DNA of 64,000 nt from an uncultured Acidobacteriota bacterium (GCA_963843575.1 CAWJKZ010000010.1:32001-96000); one strand, 5' to 3'; positions 22,640-33,541 are shown, numbered from the stretch's first letter. Numbers and translations are program-made. The notes: generated from the sequence alone by a model not told the origin.

Positions 22640-22864
22640 ATGGAGTCGAATCCTCTCCGGGCGGGACACGTCGCCTGCTGCCGATGCCAGTATTACAGGG
22701 TCACCTGGGACCCGGCACATCCCTTCGGTTGTGCGGCCCATCGGTTCAAGTCGGCGCGCAACCCCGCCCTCACCGTATATCAGAGCTCGGGACTACAGTG
22801 CCAGCTGTTCCGGCACCGCGCGGAGGGCGCCCCCCCTCCACCGCACCGCCAGAGTGTGCGGTAA
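22640..22864 (+). CDS. Small Cys-rich putative metal-binding protein
   Basis: CCRCQYYRVTWD..PFGC..FKS..P..V..SSG..C..F; GAGGA RBS. Confidence 0.7.
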   Translation: MESNPLRAGHVACCRCQYYRVTWDPAHPFGCAAHRFKSARNPALTVYQSSGLQCQLFRHRAEGAPPPPHRQSVR

Positions 22865-23288
22865 GTCCACCGCAACGTCGCGATTCGCTCGGGAGATTGA
22901 CTTGGCGCAACGTCCCGAGCCGAGCGGTGATTGGGCGACTGGAAGGCCTGTCGATTTCTCCGACACCGGCCGCCTGGGAGTCAGGCTAATTGGGCGAGCT
23001 TTTTTTCAGGACGCGGATGCTCGCAGATCTCCACAGATCGACCTAGCGACAGGCCGCGTCGGGCGTTTTCCGGCGGGGCCCGGAAAGCCCTGTGTGCCCA
23101 AGGCAGTCCTCCCTGTGGCATGCCGGACGCGGCCGATCCGCGTGAATCCGTTGGATCCGCGGAATCGGCGTACTGTTTTGGCTGTTATCTTTCATCGCCC
23201 GTGCTGTTCACAAATGCGCTGGCAAACCCATGCAACAGGCTGGTCCTCGGCTCGATAGGCGCGGTCGAGCGTGCGCGGCCAGCATCGA

Positions 23289-23312
23289 GGCGCCGAGGCG
23301 TCGCCGCACTCC
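23289..23312. repeat. REP-like palindrome (degenerate copy)
   Basis: GGCGCCGAGGCGTCGCCGCACTCC, 3 nt from the epimerase stop. Confidence 0.6.
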
Positions 23313-23315
23313 GGG

Positions 23316-24215
23316 TCAGCCCAGGGCGGTGCGGACTTCGTCGAGGAAGCGGGGGAGCCTCTCCCGCGCATCCCCTTCGAGGATCTCCAGGGGGATGTAA
23401 CCACGGTATTTCGCTTCCCGCAGTATGGCGACGATCTTCTTGAGATCGGTCCGCGTCTGCCTGCCGTTGATGACGAGTTGCTCCTTGACTTGCCAGGTGA
23501 TCGCATAGGGCGCGACCCGGGCGATATCCTGGTAGGGATCGGCCGTGCGGAAGCTGCCGATGTCCAGGTCGACGCCGAACCATTCGGAGTCGACGTCGCG
23601 CAGCACCCGAAGCACGTCGTCAGCCTTCTGGATCAGGTCGGCGTGGTTCTGCAGCGCGATCATCACCCCGTGCTGCTTTCCCGCCTCGGCGCAGCGGCGG
23701 GTGCACTCGGCGACCCAGCCGTACGTCTCCTTTTCGGAATGCCCTTCGGGCACACCCTTCCCGGAGAAGACCCGCAGCACGGGGGCACCCATCCGTGCTG
23801 CGCAGCGCACCCAGTCGGTCACGAGGTCGACGTCGGCGGCGCGGCGCGCGGCCTCAGGCTGGGTAAAATCGTTCCTCACGCCGGTGCCGCTGATGTCGAG
23901 TCCCAGCAGGAACGCCTTTTTCTTGATGTGGTAGACATAGTCGTCGGCCGGAGTGCGCGGGTAGGTGCCGAAGTAATACCCGGTCGGGTCAACCGCGGCA
24001 AAGCCCACCCGTGCGCAGAATTCCAGCACTTGGTCCAGAGTCATCTCCCCGCGGGTAAGCGGGCCGTTGAACGAAAAGACGTTGCAGCTCAGCTTGATGT
24101 TCGGGCCCCCCGTCCGGGGCACCTTCGACTGGGGCGAGGACGGACCGGCAGCAAACCCGAAGGCAGCCGGGACGACGGTGTACCGCAGAAAGCCTCTTCG
24201 GTGCAGTGCAGTCAT
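23316..24215 (-). CDS. Tat-exported sugar-phosphate isomerase/epimerase (TIM barrel)
   Basis: HRRGFL signal, LQNH, LDIG, YRGYIPLE. Confidence 0.85.
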   Translation of the reverse strand: MTALHRRGFLRYTVVPAAFGFAAGPSSPQSKVPRTGGPNIKLSCNVFSFNGPLTRGEMTLDQVLEFCARVGFAAVDPTGYYFGTYPRTPADDYVYHIKKKAFLLGLDISGTGVRNDFTQPEAARRAADVDLVTDWVRCAARMGAPVLRVFSGKGVPEGHSEKETYGWVAECTRRCAEAGKQHGVMIALQNHADLIQKADDVLRVLRDVDSEWFGVDLDIGSFRTADPYQDIARVAPYAITWQVKEQLVINGRQTRTDLKKIVAILREAKYRGYIPLEILEGDARERLPRFLDEVRTALG

Positions 24216-24236
24216 GGGATTCGTCTCCGATAGTGG

Positions 24237-25742
24237 TTACTCGTCCAGGCGCGACGCGAGAATGTTCTCGAGGCGTTTCGGGTTGCGCCGCAGGTGGACG
24301 GTCTTCCCTTTGAGAACGTAGACCAGCCCGGCTTTCGCCCCTTTGGGCTTCTTCACGTCCTTTATCTGGGCGACGTGCACGTCGGCGCGTCCCGCGTTTT
24401 TCATCTTGGAGAAATGCACGGCAAGCTCGCACGCGTCCAGCACGGAATCTGGGGGCGGGTCCGAGCGGCCTTCGGTGCGCAAGACGACGTGGCTGCCCGG
24501 GTAACCTTCGAGGTGGAAGAACAGGTCGTTGCCCCGTGCCAGCCTGGTCGTGAGATAGTCGTTCCCCTCGTCGCTGCGTCCCACCCAGATTTCCAGCCCC
24601 TGTTCGGTCCTGTACCTCTTGGGCAGCAGGCGGCCGGGCACATCACTGCGTGTTTCGAGTCTCCCCCGCTTCTTTGGGGCGGGACCGGGCCGCCGGGAGG
24701 ATGGGTAGTACCGGGAAATCAGCCTATGTAATAGCGGATGAGCAGCGAGGGTCTCCAGTTCCTGCAGGTCCGGCACGCCGGGACCGCCAGCCCGGCGGAC
24801 CCTGTCGCGCAGCGCCTCCACTTTGCCGAGGGCGGCCTGGACGCTCGCCAACTGCTGCTCGATGGCCGACTCCCCGCGCAGCTCCTTCTGATACTTGCCG
24901 AAATATCGTTCGAGATTCGCCGACGGGGACAACGTGGGATCGAGTGGAATCGTGACCGTTTCGCCACTCTCGAAATCGGCAGCCGACACACTCGCGGCCC
25001 CGGGCTTGATCTCGTGCAAGACACTCTTGAGCAGCTCGCCCTGGCGCCGGTATTCCAGCGCCCTGCGCGCCTCCAGGAGGTCTTCCTGCAGGTGAACCGC
25101 CTTCTTCTCCAGGAAGGCCTGCTCCCTGGCAAGCGCGTTGTCCATCTGCCGGGACAGCGTCTCGCACCGGCGCACCGTTTCCAGCCGGCGATACGCGTCC
25201 TCGATCGACTCGAGGTAGGCGCCGTCCGGGACGTCCGCCCATCGGTCCGTCCCGGCGTCCCGGGCACGCGGCTCCGGATCGAGCCAGGGCGCGCCCAGCT
25301 GCAGTTCCCGTCGCGTCTCCTCGAGCGGACGCATGGCGTGGATTATCATCCCGCCTTCGTCCAGCAGGTAGGTGTTGCTCCTGGTCCCGAGCATCGACAG
25401 CAGCAGGGTGTAGCCCGCCCCTTCACGCCCCCTCAGCACGATGGCGGCCTGCCGTTCCTGGTCGGCAACGCGCACGTCCTCGACGACGCTGCGAAGCAGG
25501 TGGGCCCGCAAGTACTGGCCGAAGGAGAGCGGGACCGGGAGCTGTTCGGGGAATTCGGCGGCCGCGCTGACCCGGGCGAACTCGGGGCGGCAGGAGATCA
25601 GGATCGAGTAGCCTTCCGATGCGCCGCGGAAGGCCAGGTAGAGGCGGAATTCGTCCGCCTGGACCGCCCGGTGAAGCCGGGCGCCGGCGAGCCTGGACCT
25701 GAGGATGCCGGCTGCGCGCCTGAGCTCGGTGAGGCTCAGCAT
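24237..25742 (-). CDS. NFACT family protein (RqcH/FbpA-like)
   Basis: NFACT-N, coiled coil, IPLDP..SPSAN..YF, C-terminal NFACT-R VGRS..ND.LT..FH..PGSHVV..KKPKGAKAGLV. Confidence 0.85.
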   Translation of the reverse strand: MLSLTELRRAAGILRSRLAGARLHRAVQADEFRLYLAFRGASEGYSILISCRPEFARVSAAAEFPEQLPVPLSFGQYLRAHLLRSVVEDVRVADQERQAAIVLRGREGAGYTLLLSMLGTRSNTYLLDEGGMIIHAMRPLEETRRELQLGAPWLDPEPRARDAGTDRWADVPDGAYLESIEDAYRRLETVRRCETLSRQMDNALAREQAFLEKKAVHLQEDLLEARRALEYRRQGELLKSVLHEIKPGAASVSAADFESGETVTIPLDPTLSPSANLERYFGKYQKELRGESAIEQQLASVQAALGKVEALRDRVRRAGGPGVPDLQELETLAAHPLLHRLISRYYPSSRRPGPAPKKRGRLETRSDVPGRLLPKRYRTEQGLEIWVGRSDEGNDYLTTRLARGNDLFFHLEGYPGSHVVLRTEGRSDPPPDSVLDACELAVHFSKMKNAGRADVHVAQIKDVKKPKGAKAGLVYVLKGKTVHLRRNPKRLENILASRLDE

Positions 25743-25768
25743 GGGTGGCTCCACTCCCCGCTTTGGCA

Positions 25769-25870
25769 GCGGCGCCTCGGCGCCGCCTGCAGCAATCCTG
25801 GCGCCCAGGCGCCGGGCATTCCGGCCTTTGGACGTCGGTCAAAGCGGCGCCCAGGCGCCGCACTCCAGAT
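25769..25870. repeat. REP cluster (REPIN-like)
   Basis: Three GGCGCC-N2-GGCGCC palindromes ending AAAGCGGCGCCCAGGCGCCGCACTCCAGAT; near-identical to 61186-61256. Confidence 0.8.
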
Positions 25871-27740
25871 TCACTTGAGCAGCACCTGTTTCCTGACGGT
25901 GCCGCCCTTCAGGCTGGCGTAGGTAATCTCCAGTTCACCCGAACCGCGCACGATATACTCGATGACGCGCGTAGTCCGGCCCGGGTGGCCGTTCCTGACG
26001 AGGATGCGTCTTAGATCGCTCTGATCGATCAACTGAGTCGCGCCCGGGCGGAATCGGTCTTTCACCCAGCCCACCGAGACTACTTCGGCATTCTTCGCCT
26101 GTAGGGAAAGGATGTCCGGACGTACGGTCTGGTTGCCAGCAGCCTTGGCGAGGATGGTCGGGGTGAGTTTGGAATTGACGAGTTCCACCCGAACCCGGTA
26201 CAGACCGTCGCCGAGCGGTTCGACGACGGCATCGCCCACGCGCATCTGGGGCATCTGGTCGGCCTGGTAGAGCGCAAAGGCCATGTTCCGGTGGCAGAGT
26301 TCCTCGTTCATGAAGCGGGGAGGCAACCTGCCCTGGGTCTTCTTCCAGCCGCCGATCTCGACCTTGCCGAACTGGGGGTGTTCGAACTCTTTCCACTCGA
26401 CATACTCGTCGCCGAACTCGAGGTAGTCGTCGAAGAAATAGCTGCTGACCCGCGGGGCGATGGGGCTGTTCGGATTCTTCTGCTGGTCCTTCAGTTCCGG
26501 GCTCGTGAAATACTGCCCGCCGTTCCAGAGTTCGTTGGAGAAGGAGAGTATGCCGAGTCCGTCGTTGGTCCAGTCGATGAATCCGCCGTGCACGGTGTAC
26601 AAGCCGCTCCAGATGACGATATAACGATAGAACGGCAGGATCCGCTCACCGTTGCGTCCGAGCTCGTCGTAGACCTGCACGTCGGACCTGGGGTACTCGC
26701 CCTGCGACTCGGCGCCGGGCCCGCGCAGGATCATGCCTCCGTTGTTGTGGAAAGACTGCACGCCGGCGATGTTGGGGTGGGCAAGCAGGAAGTCGTTCAC
26801 GGCGCGCGCTTCGGGCAACTGGAAGGGGTAGTCCATCGAACCGCCCTGGACGTAGTTCGGCTGCCAGTCGGAAGCCCAGTTGCGGTTGGGGTCGTATCCA
26901 CCCGGGGGATCCTCGTTCACCCGGCCGTCCCCGTCGTTGTCGATCCCTTCGACCCCAAGCAGCACGTAGTCTCCGGGGACGCCCGGCAGCGCGGGTTCGA
27001 GCAGGCGCGGGTCGAGGGCGCTCTTGCGCAGGTTCCCCTGCCCGGGCACGTATTTGCGTATCTGTTCGATCACGCCGTTGTTGTTGAGGTCGTCGGGAGC
27101 GTCTTCGTCAAACAGGCCGTCGTTGTCGTCGTCGACCGGCATGTGTCCGCCGCGCGCGCCGGCCCCCGTTCCCTCCATGAAGTACTGGCGTCCGTCCGGG
27201 TTCACGCTGGGCGCGATGTAGAACACGCGCTCGTCGACCAGGCGGGTGACATTTTCGTTCCTGCCGTAGTTTTCCATCAGATACCAGACCGTGTAGAGGC
27301 AGACCTCGCCGCCCTGGATTTCGTTGCCGTGGACGTTGGCCTCGATGTACATGGCCGGCTTGCCCGATTCTGGGCCGGTATCCGGGTTGTTGATGGTCAT
27401 CAGCATCATCTCGCGCCCGTCGTAGCTCTTTCCCATGGACGAGTACTTCAGGAACTTCGGGAAGGCCTTTTCCAGGCGCAGCAGGTCGGCTTTCAACTCA
27501 CCGCAGTCGTGCCAGCGGTTGAAGTCCAGTTTGACTTTGAACTGAGGGTCCGACCCCGCCTGTCCCGAGGCGGCGGGCGTGAAGGCGGACGTCAGGCACA
27601 GTGCCGAGCGCCAGGCCGAGGGCCGAGCTTTGTACGGATCTCGAGGCGAGGAACGCGAGTGTCAGGCTGGGCACGACGGTTCGCATCAGATCGCGGACAA
27701 GGTTCATGGTGAGCGTCGGCATCCGGTGTTGCATTCGCAT
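25871..27740 (-). CDS. Secreted M14 zinc carboxypeptidase with DxDxDG inserts (active-type); frameshift in signal region
   Basis: ANVHGNE, VNPDG, DPNRNW, SFHN, NELW; shift near 27605. Confidence 0.85.
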
Positions 27741-27752
27741 GGTCTCTCCGAT

Positions 27753-29696
27753 TTACTGCAGCGTCAGCGATACCGTCTCGGTGCCGCCCTTCTGCGACAT
27801 GACTTTGAGCTGGACCGGAGTCCCGGGCTTTCCCTTCACGATCCACTGGTACTTCTGTCTGTTCCCGGAGCCTGCCAGTGACTGGAAGAAGCTTGTCTTG
27901 GCGTCGCCCGATACGAGGTCGGCCGGATCGACCCCCAACTGCACCATGGTCGGCTTGACGGAGCGCGCCAGGACGCCCTGGGCGGTAGCCGTCGGCAGGA
28001 AACCCGAGTTCTGCACCTCCGCCTCGATCCGAAAGAGGCCTCCGCCCAGCCGGGTCACGGTCGTGCCGGCGACCGAGACCCGGGGGAGCAATGAAGCCAG
28101 GTAGAGGACGAAATCCACATCCTTCCGCCCGAGGTCGGCGATCTGCGCGGCCGGGGGGTTGGTCGCGGCATAAGGCCGGAACCCGCCGATGTCCACGTTT
28201 CCGAGCTTGGGGTGACGGAAGGGAGTCCAGTTCACGAAACCGTCGATTTTTTCGCTGTCCAGCCAGCGCAGCAGACGCAGGTCGAATGCCGCCGTCCCGC
28301 CGGGCGGCGGTGGCTGGGAAGGCGGGCCGGAGGAACCGTCTGGAGTCTCCTCGGCAGGCCGGCCCGGGCCACGATCGGAGCCTTGCGGCGCTCCGGCCGG
28401 CGCAGGCAATCCCCAGCCCGGCGTGGAAAACGCCGGGACGCCGAGCTGGTAGTACGCATACTCGAAGAAGGCCCCGGCGGGCGCACGGGTTGCGGATGTG
28501 CTGCGTATCCCGGTCAGCGCCCGGTACTTCTCGCTTATGGTGCGGAAGTATTCCAGGTCCGCGGCGTTGACCGTCTGTGCGGGCTGCCGGACCCGCATAC
28601 GCCCCCGTTGCGATTGAGCCGGATCCGCCTCAGGGCGATCGTCGTCGTCGAACATGAACGGGAACGGTGTGGCGGGGCCGAGCTGGAACATTCCGACCTT
28701 TCGGGCGTCCGCCACTGCCTGTTGCCCGAAGGCGAACAGGTCGACGACGGAAGGGGGTGCGAGTTCGCCCCGGCGGTTTGGGGCGGTCACGAGGTTGTCG
28801 CTCTCCCCGAATGCCAAGACCGCAGCGATGTTTCTCCTCTTGAGCACGTACTCCATCAGGGCGCGGGCCTCCGGTTCGCTCACCATGTGGCGCCCCGCGT
28901 CGGGTGCGTAGTCGGGATAACGGTGCTGGAAGTTGCGGTTGAGGTCCGTCCCCCCGGCGGGGTCCTCGTTGATGAAGCCGTCGCCGTCGTTGTCGATCCC
29001 CTCCGTGTAGAGGGAGTACGCACCGGCCTCCCCCTTCTGCGGGTCTGCCCGGCGCATGAGGCGGGGTTCGTCGGGGTGCGGTATGTAGGCGCCGTGCGGG
29101 TCCTTCACGCGCATCATCGTGATCACCCCGTCGCCGTTCAAGTCCTCTGGCCCGTCCTCGTCCACACGACCGTCGTTGTCGTCGTCGAAAGGCGTCAGAT
29201 TCGTCTTGCGGCCGCTCTTCGGCGCGGCGAACATGCCTTCGGCCGCGTCGGCGTTGACGCGCGGGATTATGTAGAACGCCTGCGTGTCGACGAACCGTTT
29301 CACTGCGGGATCGGAGTCGTACGCCGACAGCAGATGGTCGGCGGCGTAGAGCGCCAGTTCGCTGCCCAGGAGTTGGTCGCCTTCGAAGTTGCCGGCGACC
29401 AGGAGCGCGGGGCGTGTGTCGGAGGGTGCGCCGTTCCGGCCGGCGATTTCAATTGCCCAGAGCGAGCGGCCTTCCCGGGTTTTCCCCACCTCGACGAGCG
29501 TCGCGATGCCGGCGTGCGCCTTGACGAGCGCGCGCAGTTGCGCGGTCATCTCGTCGTATGCGTGATACCGGGTGAAGTCTGCGGCTGGACCACGTCCAGC
29601 CGCCAGGCAGGAAAACAACAGCGGGAGCGCCAGGACCGAACGGGCGAGTCGTCTGCTCACGGGGGAACCAGGCACACTTCCTCCTTGGTCATCCAT
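27753..29696 (-). CDS. M14 peptidase paralogue lacking zinc ligands
   Basis: Same architecture (DDDNDG, GIDNDGDG, DLNRNF) but HxxE is replaced by NFEGDQ and the third His is absent. Confidence 0.82.
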   Translation of the reverse strand: MDDQGGSVPGSPVSRRLARSVLALPLLFSCLAAGRGPAADFTRYHAYDEMTAQLRALVKAHAGIATLVEVGKTREGRSLWAIEIAGRNGAPSDTRPALLVAGNFEGDQLLGSELALYAADHLLSAYDSDPAVKRFVDTQAFYIIPRVNADAAEGMFAAPKSGRKTNLTPFDDDNDGRVDEDGPEDLNGDGVITMMRVKDPHGAYIPHPDEPRLMRRADPQKGEAGAYSLYTEGIDNDGDGFINEDPAGGTDLNRNFQHRYPDYAPDAGRHMVSEPEARALMEYVLKRRNIAAVLAFGESDNLVTAPNRRGELAPPSVVDLFAFGQQAVADARKVGMFQLGPATPFPFMFDDDDRPEADPAQSQRGRMRVRQPAQTVNAADLEYFRTISEKYRALTGIRSTSATRAPAGAFFEYAYYQLGVPAFSTPGWGLPAPAGAPQGSDRGPGRPAEETPDGSSGPPSQPPPPGGTAAFDLRLLRWLDSEKIDGFVNWTPFRHPKLGNVDIGGFRPYAATNPPAAQIADLGRKDVDFVLYLASLLPRVSVAGTTVTRLGGGLFRIEAEVQNSGFLPTATAQGVLARSVKPTMVQLGVDPADLVSGDAKTSFFQSLAGSGNRQKYQWIVKGKPGTPVQLKVMSQKGGTETVSLTLQ

Positions 29697-29874
29697 ACTG
29701 CACTCGTGGCGCGCACGGCGCGCGGCGATTCAAAGCAGGATTGGAGCCGAAGCATAAGGGTTTGCGCCCCGCGCGCGCAACACAAAATCAGGATAGAACA
29801 GGGCGTCGCGGCGTGACTGCGTAGTGGTAAGATTTGCCGCGAGTCGGGCACGAATTCTCTCGAAGGGGGGCACA

Positions 29875-31575
29875 ATGGGACCGCAGCTTTCACTGGGCAA
29901 ATTCCGGGACAGGTTCGACGAAGAGCTTCGCCGGGCCGCGGCTCAGTCCTATGTAGACCGGATCTGGGCGAGGGACACCCGCCTGTGGAAAACCGAGCCG
30001 GAGCATGCCAGGATCATCAGTCGGTCGTTGGGCTGGCTCGATGTCGTGCAGGACATGAAAAGCCGGGCGGACGACATCGCGAGCCTCGCCGACGAGGTGC
30101 GCCGCAGGGGTTACACCACCGCCTGCCTGCTCGGCATGGGCGGGAGCAGCCTGTGCCCGGAAGTCTGCGCGCTGACCTTCGGCACCAGGCCAGGTTACCT
30201 GTCGCTGGTGGTTCTCGACACGACCGACCCCGCCACCATCCTCGATGCCGGGAAGCGCATGGATTTGGCGCACACGCTGTTCCTGGTTTCGAGCAAATCC
30301 GGCGGCACCATCGAGAGCTCGTCGCTACAGAAATATTTCTACCAGAAGGTGCGCGATTTGAAGGGCGCCTCCGCCGGCCAGAATTTTGCAGCCATAACCG
30401 ATCCAGGGACTTCGCTCGAGAAGCTGGCCCGCGAACTCGGGTTCCTACGCGTGTTCCTCAATCCCTCAGACATCGGCGGCCGCTACTCGGCGCTGTCGTT
30501 TTTCGGGCTGGTACCGATGGGGCTGCTCGGGCTCGACCTCGCGGAGGTGCTGAGGCGGGCCGAGTCTATGGCCGCACAGTGCAGGAACACCGACCCGGAA
30601 GAAAACCCAGGGCTGCGCCTGGGCGTGGCCCTGGGGACACTGGCCCGCGAGGGGCGCGACAAGGCCACGTTCGTGTTCGACCCGGGAATCGCGGCGTTCG
30701 GCTCCTGGGTGGAGCAACTGGTGGCCGAAAGCACCGGGAAGGACGGGGTCGGAATCGTGCCGGTGGAAGGCGAAACTCTGGGGGAGCCGGCGCTCTACGG
30801 GCAGGACCGGGTATTCGTCCACACCGGACTGAAAGGCAGGAACGACCCCGCGGTTCACGCCAGACTACGGGCCTTGGAGGACGCCGGCCATCCGGTCCTG
30901 CACTGGGAACTGTCCGACACCATGGACCTCGCGGGTGAGTTCCTCCTGTGGGAGTTCGCCACCGCCGTCGCCGGCGCCGTGATGGGAATCGACCCGTTTG
31001 ACCAGCCCAACGTGCAGGAGAGCAAGGACAACACCGCGCGGTTGATACAGCGATACGAGCAGACAGGGATAATCGATGACGGTCGCCCCGTCCTGACGGA
31101 ATCCACGCTGTCGCTTTACGCCCCCCCGCAGATCACCGCGGGCAAGTCGCTGCGTGGCGCGCTCGACGCGTTTCTCGGGAGTGCAGGGCCGTGCGACTAC
31201 GTCGCGCTGATGGCCTACATCGGCAGGTCGATCGACGCGACCGCATCGTTGCAGGCGATGCGCGACGCCATCCGGGAAAAAACTCGCCGCGCCACGACCC
31301 TCGGGTTCGGCCCGCGCTTCCTCCACTCCACCGGCCAGTTGCACAAGGGGGGCGCCAACAAGGGGGTTTTCCTCCAGATCACCGCGGCGGATCCCGAAGA
31401 CGTCGCGATACCGGGGGAGAAGTACTCCTTCGGAGTTCTGAAAAGAGCGCAGTCCTCGGGAGACCTCCAGGCGCTGGCGGAACATGGTCGCCGTGCGGTC
31501 CGGATCCACATCGACGGAGATCTGCACGAGGGGCTCGAACTCCTCGGCCGGGCTTTGGGACAGGGCCGGCGTTAG
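29875..31575 (+). CDS. pgi: Glucose-6-phosphate isomerase (type seen in Tal-Pgi fusions)
   Basis: LGWL, GMGGSSL, SSKSGGTIE, TDPG, GGRYSALS, EQLVAESTGK, PFDQPNVQESK, GPRFLHSTGQ. Confidence 0.9.
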   Translation: MGPQLSLGKFRDRFDEELRRAAAQSYVDRIWARDTRLWKTEPEHARIISRSLGWLDVVQDMKSRADDIASLADEVRRRGYTTACLLGMGGSSLCPEVCALTFGTRPGYLSLVVLDTTDPATILDAGKRMDLAHTLFLVSSKSGGTIESSSLQKYFYQKVRDLKGASAGQNFAAITDPGTSLEKLARELGFLRVFLNPSDIGGRYSALSFFGLVPMGLLGLDLAEVLRRAESMAAQCRNTDPEENPGLRLGVALGTLAREGRDKATFVFDPGIAAFGSWVEQLVAESTGKDGVGIVPVEGETLGEPALYGQDRVFVHTGLKGRNDPAVHARLRALEDAGHPVLHWELSDTMDLAGEFLLWEFATAVAGAVMGIDPFDQPNVQESKDNTARLIQRYEQTGIIDDGRPVLTESTLSLYAPPQITAGKSLRGALDAFLGSAGPCDYVALMAYIGRSIDATASLQAMRDAIREKTRRATTLGFGPRFLHSTGQLHKGGANKGVFLQITAADPEDVAIPGEKYSFGVLKRAQSSGDLQALAEHGRRAVRIHIDGDLHEGLELLGRALGQGRR

Positions 31576-31590
31576 GCAGGCGGGGGCAGG

Positions 31591-32725
31591 ATGTTGCCGC
31601 GTTCCCCTATCAGAAAATGGTTGTCGATCGCGGCGCTCGCCGCCATAGCGCTGGTGCTTTACCGCGAGGCGTCGGACGTGGTGTTCGCGGCTCGCCTGGT
31701 GCTCGGGATTCAGCGCGTGGCGACCGGCGACACGGGGAGGGCCGGGCGGGTGGCCGAAAGCCGGGTACGCAGGAGCGACGGCGTGCGCTCCCTGGAGGCG
31801 ATCGTCTACCTCCCCGAGTACCAAAAGCCGCGCTGCGCGGTAGTCCTCGTCCCGGGAATCAGCGAACTCGGCTGCTACCATCCCCGACTGCAGGCGTTGT
31901 CACGAACGCTCGCCGGGCTGGGGTTCCTGGTCCTGACGCCCGACATCGTCAGGTTCCGCGATTTCGACATCTCGCCGTCCGCTATGGACGAAATCTCCTT
32001 CTGGCACAGGCAGGTCAACACCGTGGAAGGAGCCGGGCCGGCGCTCAAGGCGGGGCTCGCCGGGATTTCCTTCTCGGCGACCCTGGCGCTGATCACCGCC
32101 GCACGCCCCGAGATCCGGGACACCGTCTCCTTCGTATTCGGCATCGGCGCCTACGACGACCCGTTGCGCTGCAGTTCCACGTGGTTCGAGGCCGGACGGG
32201 AATCGCCGCAGTACTACCCGACGCGCTTTTACGCCAAGTGGGTCGTGATGCTCGCCGCGCTCGACATGATCCGAGACGATGGGGAGCGGCGTTTCCTCGA
32301 CTCGGTGCTCCGGGCGCTATTGCTCCAGAAAGCCATCCCGCCAGAACCCGCGGGACTGTCGGCGGAAGGTGCGCGCTGGTATCGGCTGGCCGTGATGCAC
32401 GCGGGGGAAGCGGATCCCGAACTGGCGCACCGGATCGAGGAGCACGTGGCAACCCGGTTGTACGCCCCGATCACGCCGGACCGGGCGGCGCGGGAGTTGC
32501 GCTGCCCCGTGTTCCTCGTGCACGGTGCGCATGACGACCTCATTCCGCCCTCCGAGAGCCTGCGGCTGCGCGACCGTCTCTTCGGGATTCAATCGTCCAT
32601 CCTGATCAGTCCGTTTCTGACCCACACGCATCCTTTCGCCACGCCCATGGGGTGGAGGGAGAAGGCTTCCGCCGCGCTCGACGCATTCCTGTTTTTCCGC
32701 GACTTTCGTCCGGACGGTCGGGTGA
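31591..32725 (+). CDS. Membrane-anchored alpha/beta-hydrolase-fold protein
   Basis: VVLVPG, GISFS nucleophile-elbow-like motif, LVHGAHDDLIP, terminal H; an extra T near 32705 hides the TGA at 32723. Confidence 0.65.
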
Positions 32726-32751
32726 GGACGGCACAATTGCCGGGGGATCCT

Positions 32752-33541
32752 ATGCTGCTGGCCATAGATATCGGCAACACCAACATAACACTGGGACTGT
32801 ACGTCGGGGAGAAGCTCGGGCCCTGCTGGCGGCTCGCCACGGACCACGAACGCATGCCGGACGAGTACGGCATCCTGCTGATCAACCTCTTTAGCCACGT
32901 GCGGGCCCGCGTCGAAGACATCACAGGCGTGGCCATCGCCTCCGTGGTCCCGCCCCTGACCGGCAAGTTTGATCACCTTTGCCGCAGCTATCTCGGCCGG
33001 GAACCGCTCGTCGTGGACTCCGACACCCGCACCGGCGTTCGGCTCCGCTACGAGGATCCCGAAGCAGGTCGGAGCGGACCGGGTCGTCGACGCTGTCGCG
33101 GCGCATCAGCTCTACGGCGGTCCGGCGTGTGTCGTGGACTTCGGGACGGCAACGACATTCGACGCGATCTCCGGCGAGGGCGATTATCTTGGCGGCGCGA
33201 TCGCGCCGGGCATCGGGATTGCCGCCGACGCCCTGTTTCACCGCACCGCCAAGCTGCCCCGGGTCGAACTCCAGCGTCCGCCTGTCGCCATAGGGAGAAA
33301 CACGGTCCACTCGCTCCAGTCGGGGTTGTTGTTCGGGTACGTCGGACTCGTGGAGGGGATGGTCGCCCGCTTTCGCACCGAGCTCGGGCCGGCGACCAAG
33401 GTGATCGCGACCGGTGGCCTCGCGGAACTCCTGGCGGCGCAGACCACCTGCATAGACGTCCTCGCGCCCTGGCTGACGCTCGACGGCCTCAAGATCATCT
33501 ACGACATGAACTGCGGGGCCCAGGCGGAGCAGGGAACGTAG
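32752..33541 (+). CDS. coaX: Type III pantothenate kinase, frameshift near 33060
   Basis: [42 protein letters not shown]. Confidence 0.93.

Noticed and set aside
25769-25870. CRISPR array
   Set aside because: The repeats are dispersed palindromes without regular unique spacers, and no cas genes are in the window.
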